In this document: positions 40,727 through 54,262 of the stretch, in pieces | Numbering within the stretch: position 1 is the stretch's first letter | How the letters are laid out: every line of letters starts with the position of its first letter | NCBI GenBank assembly: GCA_964016885.1 | Contig: OZ024744.1 | Span: 46,438,001 to 46,502,000 of the forward strand | Source of the DNA: Eledone cirrhosa | Lineage: Eukaryota | Direction: 5' to 3' | Length of the DNA: 64,000 nucleotides | Notes under the pieces: model-generated | Database searches by the model: none | Told to the model about the DNA's origin: nothing | Seen by the model: only the letters and a program-made list of their open reading frames with translations | Position numbers and translations under genes: made by a program

Positions 40727-40786
40727 GTGACCATATTACCGTGTACCCTTCCAGTGCTGCAAGGAATCCTGAAGCTACTCAAAAGA
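40727..40786 (+). CDS. Micro-exon A1 (60 nt, phase 1): DHITVYPSSAARNPEATQK
   Basis: ttctag|exon|gtaagt. Confidence 0.7.
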
Positions 40787-41484
40787 GTAAGTTATAATTT
40801 AAACATCATGTAATAAGTTATTCAGTAACTTATTTAGGTTTTCAAAAGTAAATTTATAACTACTTAATTCAGTCAACAATATAAAATCCTATATTATAAA
40901 CTCCCTAACATAATCCAGAATAAACATTTTATTGACTTCCTCAGAGACCTTGTAATGAGGACAAAAGTAAAGATAGACTTTTTTAGGGCATTATCAGAGA
41001 TAGATGAGAAAGAGTGACATTTTATTTGGTTCAAATGAGAAGATAAATGTTGCCCTAGATTCATTGAGGTAGATGGAATTATCTCACAGACCAGTATTCT
41101 TATCTTTAAGAAAACTTCATCCTACAGTTCTTCACCATTTCTTGTCTCCCTTCGTTGTTCATACATGCATCCTTTTATTCACTACATCAGCCAGTACCCT
41201 AAATATTTGGTTAAACCACTATATTCTTCAGGACCAGTGGGAAACTGTAGAATATTTCTCTCATAATTCTAGACATCCCACATATGACTAGCCACACTTT
41301 ACTGCTTTTGGAAGTTTTAGATTTGTGGGAAAAGTAAGCATGTCCTTGAGAGAACAAACCATATAATTTGATCTAGTTGATTAAATAAATGACAACTCAT
41401 TCTACCCTTTCTTCAACTTAACAACAAACTCTTCTCAAGAAAGCCTTCTAGTTTTCCTATTATTTTCTTCCATATTTTTTCCAG

Positions 41485-41551
41485 GTATGACTCCTGTAGA
41501 GATCTTTGTCTCTGAGTCAGAAACACCTAAAAAAAGGTGGATCGAAAGATA
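41485..41551 (+). CDS. Micro-exon B1 (67 nt, one extra A in a homopolymer): MTPVEIFVSESETPKK..
   Basis: ttttttccag|exon|gtatgt. Confidence 0.5.
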
Positions 41552-41675
41552 GTATGTTGTATTTCAAACACATTTTCTACCCAGTTAGTACAGAAAACTA
41601 TTACACGTGTTTCAACATTAATATCGAATTGACATTATATTGTATATTTGTATACATGGAAGTTTATGTAATGTG

Positions 41676-43870
41676 TGCCCCTCCAACCCATCCATCCCAC
41701 CCTCCCAACTTCAGAGTTGGTACCATGAAAGTAGGCACATGGAAAGGTCGCTCAAATGAGGTTGTAGAGATGCTTGAACGTAAAGAAGTTGATGATTGTT
41801 GTGTTCAAGAGACTAGGTGGAGAGGTGGGTCTGCCAGATTCATCGTGGGTAAAAAGCGATGCTATAAACCTTTCTGGGTGGGAAATGACAACGGACTGGG
41901 TTGTGTAGGAATTATGTTAGCTGAAAAATAGGTAGATAAGGTAATTGACGTAAATAGAGTGAATGACAGAATAATTAAAATAAGACTAGTTCTAAATAGA
42001 ACTACTGTGACAATAATATCCGCTTATGCACCCCAATCTTATCTACCTGACAAGGACAGGTTCTATGAGACGCTAATGCACACTACCTCCCAAATAGCCG
42101 ACAGCGACTACCTAATTATTGCTGGCGATCTAAACGGCCACGTCGGACAACATAGTGATGGCTATGATGGAATCCATGGAGGCTATGGGTTTGGAAATAA
42201 AAATGAGGAAGGCTTCAGAATCCTGGAATTCTGTGACGCTAATAACCTAACTATCTGTAACACAAACTTTAAAAAACGAGAAAACTACTTGATCACCTAT
42301 AGATCAGGGGAACACGCCAGCCAGATAGATTATATCCTTACAGACGTGACAAAGTGTCTGTTGTAAACACTAAATCCCTCCGCCGTGAAGAATGCACCTC
42401 CCAACATAGCCTAGTAGTTAGTGACCTCATAGTTAGGAATAGATGTACACGACGACAGAGGAGGACTATCTTGAGGAGAAGAATATGGAAGTTGAAGGAC
42501 CACATAGCCAGTGACAAATTTAAAAGCTTATTACTTGAAGTCTTTGACAATAAGGAAGAGCGATTAGAGATATGCAATATAGAGGAACAGTGGGAATTCT
42601 TGAAAGTGAACCTGCTGAAAGTGATGGATGAAATCGGTGGCTGGAGCAGACCTATCGGCAGGAGGAGAGTAACCTGGTGGTGGAACAGTAAGGTGGAGGA
42701 GACAATCAAGGCCAAAAAGCAGGCTTGGAAAGTATGGCAGGATGGGGGAAGTAGAGAACAGTATCAAGTGGCCAGGAGAAAAGCTAGGAGACAAGTGTAC
42801 CTTGCAATAAAGAAAGCAGGGGATAGAAAGTTCAAGCTTGTTCTACAACGTGGGGACCAAAAATGTGAGGCGTTCAGGAATGCTAGACAATGTGTCAAAG
42901 AAAACCGTGATATTATTGGGGAGAAGTGTGTCCATAATGATAATGGTGTACTTGCTTTCACTGATACTGATAAGAAGATAGCTTGGAAGTGTCACTACAA
43001 GAGACTATTAAATGAGGAGAATAAATGGCGAAAAGATAGTCTGCCCCAAATCGATCCAATAGAAGGTCCAGCGGTGCAAGTTAAAGGTAATATAAGTAAG
43101 GCAATCAAAGAAATGAAAACAGGCAAGGCAGCTGGGACTTTGGAGATAGTTGCTGAGATGTTGAAGGCATCTGGAATAGTGGGACATATTATGGTCACCC
43201 GTATAGTAAACCAAGTAATACAGAATGGGGTCATACCAAAAGACTGGCGTAGCAGCATCATCATTAACTGCTACATGGGTAAATGGGATGCTCTAGATAG
43301 GGGAAACTATAGAGGCTTTAAGTTAGTTGACCAGGTCATGAAGGTCACAGAAAGAGTTATAGTGCAACCTATCAGAGAGCGAATTGATCTAGATGAAACG
43401 CAGTTTGGGTTTGTGACAGGTAAAAGTACCACATACACTCTTTTCCTTGTACGACAACTACAAGAGAAGTACCTAGCTAAAAGTGAACCCTCTACTTAGT
43501 TTTTGCAGACCTGGAGAAGGCTTTTGACAGAATCTCCCGCTCCATTATCTGGTGAGCTCTTAGAAAACTAGGTGTAGATGAATGGCTTGTGAGAGCTATA
43601 CAAGCCATGTATAAGGAAACAGTTAGTAAGGTTAGAATTAACAACGAATATTGTGAAGAATTGAATGTAAAAGTCGGTGTTCATCAAGGCTCTGCCCTTA
43701 GTCCCCTCCTATTTATTATTGCCCTTTAGTCTATAAAAGAGGAGTTTAAGACCAGTTGCCCATGGGAACTCCTATAAGCAGATGATCTAACTCTCATACC
43801 TATGGCTGAACTAGAGAAGAAATTCCAAAGATAGAAGCATGGCCTAAAATCAAAAGGCCTTAAAGTTAAG
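41676..43870 (+). mobile_element. RTE LINE (APE endonuclease + RT), truncated, intronic
   Basis: CCVQETRW, ISAYAPQ, GDLNGHVG, QIDYIL, GNYRG, QFGF, DLEKAFD. Confidence 0.92.
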
Positions 43871-44345
43871 ATGTTTACCCAGTTAGTACAGAAAACTATT
43901 ACACGTGTTTCAACATTAATATCAAATTGACTTCAAATCCCGCCGATGTTAACTTTGCCTTTCATCGTTATGGGGTCGATAAAATAAAGTACCAGTAATG
44001 CACTGGGGTAATGGCTGCCTGGTGCCAAAAGTAGAAACAATTATATTGTATATTTGTATACATGGAAATCTATGTAATGCGTATGATGGAACTAATGAAT
44101 AAAATAGTGCGTAGATATATAAGGGAAGTGATGTTGGTGTTATGTGTATGTTGATGTTGTGTTCATTGTGTACCTGTTCGGGTGCGTTTCTCCGGACATT
44201 CTTTTTTGAGGGTGTGTGTTAGGTTCTGTGTGAGCCCTGTTTGTGTTTGTGTGATTGTGAGGCTCTGTGTGTGCACTCTCTGTGCGTGTGTATTTAGTAG
44301 TAAATGTATATTTACGGAGCTAACCAGTCGACGTCCTGAATACTT

Positions 44346-44455
<110 letters not shown>

Positions 44456-44612
44456 TAAATGGCTGGGGCAGCGGGAGTTTAGTCCATTTGTGTTTGGACC
44501 TGGTGTATATATGTATATTTCAGAGATAATGAATCCAATAACTGTTTCCTGTATTTGTAATGTTATTTGTATATACATGTAGGTTTACTATGATTTTGTT
44601 TATATATTCTAG

Positions 44613-44666
44613 GTGACCATATTACAGTGTCCCCTCGCAATGCTTCAATCAAGCCAAAATTAAGGG
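44613..44666 (+). CDS. Micro-exon A2 (54 nt, frame-preserving 6-nt deletion): DHITVSPRNASIKPKLR
   Basis: ttctag|exon|gtaagt. Confidence 0.7.
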
Positions 44667-44733
44667 GTAAGTTATAATTTGAACATCATCTAATAAGTCA
44701 TTTAGTAATTTATCCTTTCTCTCTATATATAAA

Positions 44734-44796
<63 letters not shown>

Positions 44797-44904
44797 TTTT
44801 GCATAATATGCCACGAAACTACGTATTCGGGGACTATGGAACCAGTTTATGTATGATATATCTTATTACTAATTATATCTAATGTTTCTTCTCTCTTCAT
44901 AATG

Positions 44905-44942
<38 letters not shown>

Positions 44943-45065
44943 CGAGGATAGAGGGAGATTGGTCAATTTGTATTTGGACCTGGTGTATATATGTATATAT
45001 CAGAGATAATGAATCTAATAACTGTTTCCTGTATTTGTAAATTTATTTGTATATATTTGTATATA

Positions 45066-48000
45066 TTCACTTCTAGCGGTTATTTTGCGATGACGGCGAC
45101 CCTCTCTCTATGATGGCTACCTTCTCTCTATCTCTCTCTCTCTATGAGGGCTATACCCTCTCTCTCTCCCTCTCTCTATCTATCTCTAAGCCACCTATTA
45201 CTTCCCTTTCCCTCTCACCCATTCCTTCCTCACTCATCTTGAAGTTCTTGAAGAGATAAGACACACTTGACTCTGAAAGGCTAAAATGAATCACTAGAGT
45301 TGCTTAACCACGTTCCAGCTATCCATCCATACAAATCTTTCAGGTATCCCTCTATTTCCCCAATCGCAAATGTTCTGCTTACAATTATTGTTGTATTTAT
45401 CACTTCGCTAGCTTCCACAACACATTTAATTTTTTACCCTCATTTTCTCTACCATGCTGCCTCTCTATCTGTCTATTTTGCCATCAGATGCTAGGGGCAT
45501 CACATAGCTAACTACCTCACAATTCCCCCCCCCCCTCACACCACATAGCCTATTCGACCAATCAAACCTCAGCATGCCCCCTCCCCCACTACCAATCCCA
45601 ACAAACCCTGCCATTTCTACTACTACCTAACTCTCTCCTCCCCCGTCCCAGCCCAACACACCCTGGCATTATTACCACCACCACTGTTCTTCTAGCCCTG
45701 AATTTTTTTACCGTTATGTATGGATGAGCTGAGAATAATTTGGATCAACTCTGAATTAATAGATGAAAATGAATATGAATCCGCGAGCTACCAAGCACCC
45801 ATGTGAAGCTCCAATTCAGAGACAGGAAGCACACACACACCCCTGCAAAAATCGACCCTTCCCTACGAATGTCGACAAATGCCCAAAACTCCGAGTTGGT
45901 ACCATCAATGTAAGCACAATGAAAGGAAGAGCAGGAGAAATCGTAGAGATGCTAGAGCAAAAGGAAATTGATATATGCTGTGTGCAAGAGACTAGATGGA
46001 GAGGAGAGTCTGCTAGAGTCCTTGTAGGAAAAAGTCAGTGGTACAAATTTTTCTGGGTGGGAAATGACGATGGGATGGGTGGTGTAGGTATACAACTAGC
46101 TGACAAATGGGTAGATAAAGTAATCTCAGTGTACAGGGTAAATGCAAGAATCATTAAACATCAACTAGTCCTGAATAAAACAATTACCATAATGATATCA
46201 GCATACGCACCCCATTCAGGGTTGCCAGACAAACTTAAGGATAAATTTTACAAGTCCCTAATGCACACTACTGCTCTAACAAACGACAATGACTTTCTAA
46301 TCATCGCATGAGATTTTAACGGACACGTAGGTAAACACTGTGACGGTTTCAATAGTGTCCATGGAGGCCATGGGTTTGGCACAAGTAATTAAGAAGGATT
46401 CAGACTTCTAGAATTCTGCGACGCCAATGACATGTCGATATGTAACACAAACTTCAAAAAACCCGACAACCACCTGATCACCTATAGATCAGGGGAGCAT
46501 TCTAGTCAGATAGATTTTATCCTCATCAGAGGACGTGACAGATGGACGGTCGTAAACACAAAAGCCTTCCCTAGTGAGGAATGTACCTCCCAACATAGCT
46601 TAGTTGTCAGCGACCTCACGGTCAGAACTAGACGAACCTGGAAACAGAGGCTAACCTGGAGAAGAAAGATCTGGAAGCTGAAAGACCCCTCAGCCAGTAA
46701 CAGATTTAAAGATATTTTACTCAACGCCTACGACAGTAAAGAAGAACAGATAGAGACATTCAAAGTAGAAGAGCACTGGGAGTTCCTAAACAATAACTTA
46801 CTAGAGGCGACGGATGAGATTTATGGCTGGAGTAAGACCACAAGCAGGAGGAGAGTGACTTGGTGGTGGAAGAATAAGGTAGATGAGGCAGGCATGGAAA
46901 GAATGGAAGAACGGGGCAAGCAGGGTACATCATAGAGACCAAGAGGGAAGCTAGGCGTCAAGTATACTTAGCTAGGAGGGAAGCAGAGGATAGAAAATTC
47001 AAGCATGTTTTGCAACGTGAGGACCAGAAACAGGAGGTGTTCAGGATTGCGAGGCAGTGTGTAAGAGAGAATTGTGATGTCATTGGAGAGAAATGTATCC
47101 GGAATGATAAAGGTGATCTTGCCCTCACAAGTGCTGAGAAGAAAGATGCATGGAAGAGCCATTATGATAGATTACTAAATGAGGAGAATGCATGGGAAGA
47201 AGAAACCCTACACCAAGTAAAACCTATAGAGGGGCCAGCAGTACAAGTCAGCAGCAGCGTAGTAAGTAAGGCAATCAAAGATATGAAGATGGGGAAGGAA
47301 ACCGGTCCATCGGGTATAGCTGCCGAGATGCTGAAGGCATTTGGGCCTGTAGGAGAAGTTTAAGACTGGATGCCCATGGGAACTCCTGTATGCAGATGAC
47401 TTCGCACTTATAGCTGAATCTATGGTAGAACTAGAGAAGAAATTCCAAACTTGGAAGCAGGGACTAGAAAGAAAGGGTCTCAAAGTCAACATGACAAAGA
47501 CTAAGGTCCTTGTAAGTAGACGAGAAAAGAACCCAGATCCCTCAGGGAAATGACCTTGCTCAGTATGTAGGAAAGGTGTAGGTAGTAACTCAATTCTCTG
47601 CCCCAAATGCAAACAATGGGTACACAAGAGATGTAGCGGGATCTCAGGAAGCTTAATTAAGAATGTAGGCATCACATGTAGCAGCTGTGCTGGGACAGCA
47701 AGCAGCAAACAGCCACAGGAAACAAGTACCACCAATCTCTGGGAGGGCTCTGTAGAAACAGTAGACAGCTTCTGCTACCTAGGTGACCGAATTAGCAGCA
47801 GAGGTGGGTGTTCAGAAAGTACAATAACTAGGGTAACAACGGGATGTAAGAAGTTCAGGGAACAACTGCCACTGCTAGCTGCAAAAGGCTTCTCCCTCAA
47901 AATGAAAGGCAGACTGTATGATGCGTGTATCCGAACAGCAATGTTACATGATAGTGAGACCTGGGCGCTGAAGGTGGAAGATTTACGTAGATTAGAGAGA

Positions 48001-48621
48001 AACGAAGCCTGCATGCTCCGATGGATGTGTAATAGTAATATACGCGAACGACAAAGCATAAATAAATTGAGAGAGACCTAGAATAAGAGGAATCAAATGC
48101 TGTGTGCAGGAGAGTCGGTTGCGTTGGTATGGACATGTGATGCGTATGAAGGATGACAGCTGCATAAAAAGGTGCAGAGCACTAGAAGTCAGTGGAAACC
48201 GCGGAGTGGGGAGATCCAAGAAGACTGGGATGAGGTGATAAAAACCGACGTTACCCAATTACACCTCTCAAATGCGATGACACACGACCATGACCTCGCA
48301 TGGGTTCAAGCTGAAACATATAGACAATACGAACCCACACCCTCCCACTGCAAAGTGGTCGTGGAGGTGCCACGCAAAAAAGCACCCAGCCCACACTGTA
48401 AAGTGGACGTGTAGGCGCCATGGAAAAAAGCACCCAGCACTTACTGTAAATGAGGTTGGTGTTAGGAAGGGCACCCAGCTGTAGAAATAAAGCCAAAATC
48501 AGATCCTGTATGAGCAAGGCATGGTCGGCCGACCAGTCACTGGCCACAACAGGACAACTCGTCTAACCAATGCTAGCCTGGAAGAACGGACCTAAAACGG
48601 TGATGATGATGATGATGATGA
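45066..48621 (+). mobile_element. RTE LINE with internal deletion and (GAT)n tail, intronic
   Basis: LRVGTINVSTMKGR, CCVQETRW, ELLYADD, CSVCRKGVGSNSILC, SETWAL; tail GATGATGAT at 48602-48621. Confidence 0.92.
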
Positions 48622-48662
48622 TATACATGTAGGTTTACTATGATTTTGTTTATATATTCTAG

Positions 48663-48722
48663 GTGACCATATTACAGTGTCCCCTCGCATTGCTTCAATG
48701 GAGCCAAAATCAACTGAAAAGC
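48663..48722 (+). CDS. Micro-exon A3 (60 nt): DHITVSPRIASMEPKSTEK
   Basis: ttctag|exon|gtaagt. Confidence 0.7.
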
Positions 48723-48789
48723 GTAAGTTATAATTTGAACATCATCTAATAAGTTATTCAGTAATTTATCCCTTCTCTCTATATATAAA

Positions 48790-48841
<52 letters not shown>

Positions 48842-48993
48842 AGGGACAAAGGGAGTTTGGTCCATATGTGTTTGGACCTGGTGTATATATGTATATATCA
48901 GAGATAATGAATCTAATAACTGTGTCCCTGTATTTGTAATGTTATTTGTATATATACATGTAGGTTTACTATGATTTTGTTTATATATTCTAG

Positions 48994-49053
48994 GTGACCA
49001 TATTACACAGTCCCCTCGCATTGCTGCAATGAAGCCTGAAACTACTCAAAAGA
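48994..49053 (+). CDS. Micro-exon A4 (60 nt): DHITQSPRIAAMKPETTQK
   Basis: ttctag|exon|gtaagt. Confidence 0.7.
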
Positions 49054-49120
49054 GTAAGTTATAATTTAAATATCATCTAATAAATTATTCAATAATTTAT
49101 CCTTTCTCTCTATATATAAA

Positions 49121-49165
<45 letters not shown>

Positions 49166-49282
49166 TGGGGACAGAGAGAGTTTGGTCCAGTTGTGTTAGG
49201 ACCTGGTGTATATATGTATATATCAGAGATAATGAATCTAATAAGTGTTTCCTGTATTTGTAATGTTATTTGTAATTATAAT

Positions 49283-49498
49283 TACAAATAACTGTTTCTA
49301 CTTTAGGCACAAAGCCAGCAATTACCCAGTGCATTACTGGTACTTTATTTTATCAACCCTGTAAGGATGAAAGGCAAAGTCAATCCCGCCGTGGTTGACT
49401 CTGCCTTTCATCCTTACGGGGTCAATAAAATAAAGTACCAGTAATGCACTGGCTAATTTGCTGTTCTTGTGCCTGAAGTAGAAACAGTTATTTGTAAT
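49283..49498. mobile_element. Head-to-head pair of SINE 3' halves forming a hairpin
   Basis: TACAAATAACTGTTTCTAC...AAGGCAAAGTCAA-tcccgccgtgg-TTGACTCTGCCTT...GTAGAAACAGTTATTTGTA. Confidence 0.8.
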
Positions 49499-49539
49499 TA
49501 TACATCTAGGTTTACTATGATTTTGTTTATATATTCTAG

Positions 49540-49598
49540 GTGACCATATTACAGTGTCCCCTCGCATTGCTTCAATGGCGCCAAAATCAACAAAAAGG
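49540..49598 (+). CDS. Micro-exon A5 (59 nt, 1-nt loss next to an A-run): DHITVSPRIASMAPKSTK
   Basis: ttctag|exon|gtaagt; frameshifting length. Confidence 0.5.
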
Positions 49599-49811
49599 GT
49601 AAGTTATAGTTTGAACATCATCCAATAAGTTATTCAGTAATTTATCCTTTCTCTATATATATAAATATATGTATATATATATATGTATATATGCCAAGGA
49701 CAGAGGGAGTTTGGTCCATTTGTGTTTGTACCTGGTGTATATATGTAAATATCAGAGATAATGAATCTAATAACTGTTTCCTGTATTTGGAATGTTATTT
49801 GTATATATACA

Positions 49812-49997
49812 AGGGTGGTGAATTGGCAGTATCGGTAGAGGGTTGGACGCCATGTTTTCTAGCATAGTTACGTCCCTTTACAGTCTGAGTTCAAATCCTG
49901 CCGAGGTTAACTTTGCCTTTCATCCTTACGGGTTCGATAGAATAAAGTACCAGTAATGTACTGGGTAATTGCTGGCCTTGTGCCTAAAGTAGGAACA
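49812..49997 (+). mobile_element. Full SINE with 18-bp target-site duplication
   Basis: TSD GTTATTTGTATATATACA at 49794-49811 and 49998-50015. Confidence 0.8.
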
Positions 49998-50037
49998 GTT
50001 ATTTGTATATATACATGTAAGTATTTGTATATATACA

Positions 50038-50880
50038 TGAAAGTACAATAACTAGGGTAAGAACGGGATGGAAGAAGTTTAGGGAACTACTACCACTGCT
50101 AGCTGCAAAAGGCTTCTCCCTCAGAATGAAAGGCAGACTGTATGATGCGTGTATCCGAACAGCGATGTTGCATGGTAGTGAGACCTGGGCGCTGAAGGTG
50201 GAAGACTTACGTAGATTAGAGAGAAACGAAGCCTGCATGCTCCGATGGATGTGTAACAGTAATATACGTGAACGACAAAGCATAAATGAATTGAGAGAGA
50301 GACTGAGCATAAGAGGAATCAAATGCTGCGTGCAGGAGAGGCGGTTACGCTGGTATGGACATGTGATGCGTATGAAGGATGACAGCTGCATAAAAAGGTG
50401 CAGAGCACTAGAAGTTGATGGAAACCGCGGAGTGGGGAGACCCAAGATGACTTGGGATGAGGTGATAAGAGCCGACCTTACCCAACTACACCTCTCAAAG
50501 TCAATGACACACGACCGTGACTTCTGGCGTCACGCAGTAATACAGGGTACCCGACCTCCCATGGGTACATGCTGAAGCATATAAACAATATGCCCCCCCC
50601 CCCCCCCCACCGCAAGGTGGTCGTGGAGGTGCCACGGCAAAAAAGCACCCAGCCCACACTGTAAAGTGGACGTGTAGGCGCCACGAAAAAGCACCCAGCA
50701 CTCACTGTAAATGAGGTTGGTGTTAGGAAGGGCATCCAGCTGTAGAAATCAAGCCAGATCAGTTCCTGTATGAGCAAGGCATGGTCAGCCGACCAGACAC
50801 TGCCCACAACAGGACAACCCGTCTAACCCATGCTAGCGTGGAAGAACGGACGTAAAACGGTGATGATGATGATGATGATG
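50038..50880 (+). mobile_element. RTE LINE 3' fragment with (GAT)n tail (related piece at 54338-54949)
   Basis: GRLYDACIRTAMLHGSETWAL...RRLRWYGHVMR...GRPKMTW. Confidence 0.9.
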
Positions 50881-50912
50881 AAGTTTACTATGATTTTGTT
50901 TATATATTCTAG

Positions 50913-50972
50913 GTGACCATATTACAGTGTCCCCTCCCAGTGCTGCAATGAAGCCTGAAACTACTCAAAAGA
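50913..50972 (+). CDS. Micro-exon A6 (60 nt): DHITVSPPSAAMKPETTQK
   Basis: ttctag|exon|gtaagt. Confidence 0.7.
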
Positions 50973-51682
50973 GTAAGTTATAATTTAAACATCATGTAAT
51001 ATGTTATTCAGTAACTTATTTAGGTTTTCAACAGTAAATTTATAACTACTTAATTCAGTCAACAATATCAAACTCTATATTACAAACTCCATAATATAAT
51101 CGAGAATAAACATTTTATTGACTTCCTCAAAGACCTTGTAATGATGACAAAAGTATAGCTAGACTTTTTTAGGGCATTATCAGAGATAGATGAGAAAGAA
51201 TGACATTACATGCGGTTCAAATGAGAAGATAAATGTTGCACTAGATTCATGAGGTAGATTGAATTATCTCACAGATCAGTATTCTCTTCTTTATCAAAAC
51301 TTTATCCTACAGTTCTTCACAATTTCTTGTCACCCTTCATTGTTCATATGCTGCATCCTCTTCTCCAATACATCAGCCAGTACCCTAAATATTTGGGTAA
51401 ACCACTATATATATCTGATCTTCAGCACCAGTGGGAAACTGTAGAATATTTCTCTCATAATTCTAGACATCTCACATATGACTAGCCACACTTTACTCCT
51501 TTTGGAAATTTTAGATTTGTGGCATAAGTAAGCATGTCATTGAGAGAACAAACCGTAAAATTTGCTCTAGTTGATTAAATAAATGACAACTCATTCTACC
51601 CTTTCTTCAACTTGACAACAAACTCTTTTCAAGAAAGCTTTCTAGCTTTTATTATTCTTTTCTTCTGTATATTTTTTTCCAG

Positions 51683-51748
51683 GTGTGACTCCTGTAGAGA
51701 TCTTTGTCTCTGACTCAGGCACACACAAAAGAGGTGGATCAAAAGAAA
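51683..51748 (+). CDS. Micro-exon B2 (66 nt): VTPVEIFVSDSGTHKRGGSKE
   Basis: tttttttccag|exon|gtaagt. Confidence 0.7.
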
Positions 51749-52381
51749 GTAAGTTGTATTTCAAACCCATTCCTACCAGTTAGTACAGAAAACTATTACA
51801 TGTGTTTCAACATTAATATCAAATTAACGTTATATTGTATATTTGTATACATTCTAAGTTTATGTAATGTGTATGGTGGACCTATTGAATAAAATAGTGT
51901 CTACATATATAAGTGAAGTGATGTTGGTATTATGTGTATGTTGATGTATACATATAGGTATATAGGGTTGTATATTAATTCATTGTGTACCTGTTTGGGT
52001 GTGTTTCTCCGGGGATGCATTTTTTAGTGTGTGTGAGCCCCTGTTTGTGTTTGTGTGAGTGTGAGTTTGTGTGTGTGCAATCTCTGTGCGTGTGTATGTA
52101 AGAATAAATTTTCTTTATTAGGACTGTTGCCATGATTATAGAAAATTTAGTAGTAAATGTATATTTACGGATCTAAGCAGTTGGCCTCCTGAATCATTTC
52201 ACTATATAAAAATATATATATATAAATGGCAGTGGCAGTGGGAGTTTGGTCCATTTATGTTTGGACCTGGTGTATATATGTATATATCAGAGATAATGAA
52301 TCTATTAATTGTTTCCTGTATTTGTAATATTATTTGTATATATACATGTAGGTATACTATGATTTTGTTTATATATTCTAG

Positions 52382-52441
52382 GTGACCATATTACACAGTC
52401 CCCTCGCATTGCTTCAATGGAGCCAAAATCAACTAAAAGGG
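52382..52441 (+). CDS. Micro-exon A7 (60 nt): DHITQSPRIASMEPKSTKR
   Basis: ttctag|exon|gtgagt. Confidence 0.7.
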
Positions 52442-52516
52442 GTGAGTTATAATTTGAATATCATCTAATAAGTTATTTGGTAATTTATCCTTTCTCTAAA
52501 TATATAAATATATAAA

Positions 52517-52576
<60 letters not shown>

Positions 52577-52676
52577 TATATATATGTAGGAGGTGAGTTT
52601 TATTGTAGTACAATAAAGCAATGCAGATATCGGATAAGTAGCACTCTACAGTTTGTTGGACTGGAGTATAAATAAT

Positions 52677-52992
52677 ATATAAGATCAAAAGATGGTTAAA
52701 AGAGTTCCATGTATTTTATTATGCGCATTTCAAAAACAAATATCATCATGCCATAACATTTGCGTTTTCGTCAGATAAAATATGGAGATATGATATGAAG
52801 GTTAAAAAACACTTATGAATAGTGCAGTTTTAAATCAACATATGTTGATTTAAACTGCACTATTCATAAGTGTTTTTTAACATCATATCTCCATATTTTA
52901 TCTGACGAAAACGCAAATGTTATGGCATGATGATATTTGTTTTGGAAATGCGCATAATAAAATACATGGAACTCTTTTAACCATCTTTTGAT

Positions 52993-52999
<7 letters not shown>
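52677..52999. repeat. ~160-bp-arm palindrome with two divergent hammerhead motifs (52894-52964 plus, 52712-52782 minus)
   Basis: Centre CAACAT|ATGTTG; UAUUUUAU-CUGACGA-AAAC..GUUUU-GAAA-UGCGCA-UA^AUAAAAUA. Confidence 0.85.
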
Positions 53000-53046
<47 letters not shown>

Positions 53047-53197
53047 AGGGACAGAGGGAGTTTGGTCCATTTGTGTTTGGACCTGGTGTATATTTGTATA
53101 TATCAGAAATAATGAATCTAATAACTGTTTCCTGTATTTGTAATGTTATTTGTATATTTACATGTAGGTTTACTATGATTTTGTTTATATATTCTAG

Positions 53198-53257
53198 GTG
53201 ACCATATTACAGTGTCCCCTCGCATTGCTTCAATAGAGAAAAAATCAACTGAAAAGG
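53198..53257 (+). CDS. Micro-exon A8 (60 nt): DHITVSPRIASIEKKSTEK
   Basis: ttctag|exon|gtaagt. Confidence 0.7.
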
Positions 53258-53496
53258 GTAAGTTATAATCTGAACATCTTCTAAGTTATTCAGTAACTTA
53301 TCCTTTCTCTCTATGTATAAATATATGTATATATATATAGATATATATATAAGGGTTGACGGACCCAGCATATTTATCAATGCCAGTACCGGTTATATCT
53401 CAGCGCAGTCAATGGGCAATGTAAGATACATTACAAGAGTATACATAGAGTTATTTGCTTCAACACAACACACGTAAATAGGGTGCCTATAAGGTT

Positions 53497-53606
53497 CCTG
53501 GACTCGAGTTTCTGCAGCACTAATGCAGTAGTAAAGTGCACTGCAACTTCTGTCTGCATATATTATACAACAATGCACAATCGGCTGATGCTGCTTCATC
53601 AGCGGG
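53497..53606 (-). ncRNA. Type I hammerhead motif
   Basis: Minus: CCCG-CUGAUGA-AGCAGCA..UGCUGCA-GAAA-CUCGAG-UC^CAGG. Confidence 0.55.
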
Positions 53607-54202
53607 TATCGCCTAATCAATAAGCAATCGATCGACATAATCCAAACACCGGCCCGCGCCGGTCATGACTGTTTGTGACAACCAACATGTTAAAGCGATT
53701 AACTGGCAACCAATAGGACTCTATCTCTCAACTAGCCACTGATTTATAAATTTTACATGGTGACGGGAAGCTAAAAAGAATCAATATTTTAGTTCCTGTC
53801 AGAAGATCTCAGCCAACGTGTCTCACACACAAATTATCAAGGGGTGAAAAGATGGCTATTATAAATAGCAGTTCACATTGATATAAAATAGAATGGTAGC
53901 ATTCGGTTCTGTCTCCAAGCCCCATGGCTAAAGGAAAGCGATGGTAACAATGGTAGTGCCAAGAACCTTTATCGGACATTAAATGCGATCATCCATTATA
54001 TAACAATATCGTAGCGAGCTGAAATGTGTCAGCCATGTATATATAAATGCCAGGGACAGAGGCAGTTTGGTCCATTTGTGTTTGGACCTGGTGTATATAT
54101 GTATATATCAGAGATAATGAATCTAATAACTGTTTCCTGTATTTGTAATGTTATTTGTATATATACATGTAGGTTTACTATGATTTTGTTTATATATTCT
54201 AG

Positions 54203-54262
54203 GTGACCATATTACAGTGTCCCCTCGAATTACTTTAATGGAGCCAAAATCAACTAAAAAGG
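54203..54262 (+). CDS. Micro-exon A9 (60 nt): DHITVSPRITLMEPKSTKK
   Basis: ttctag|exon|gtaatg (weaker donor). Confidence 0.6.
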
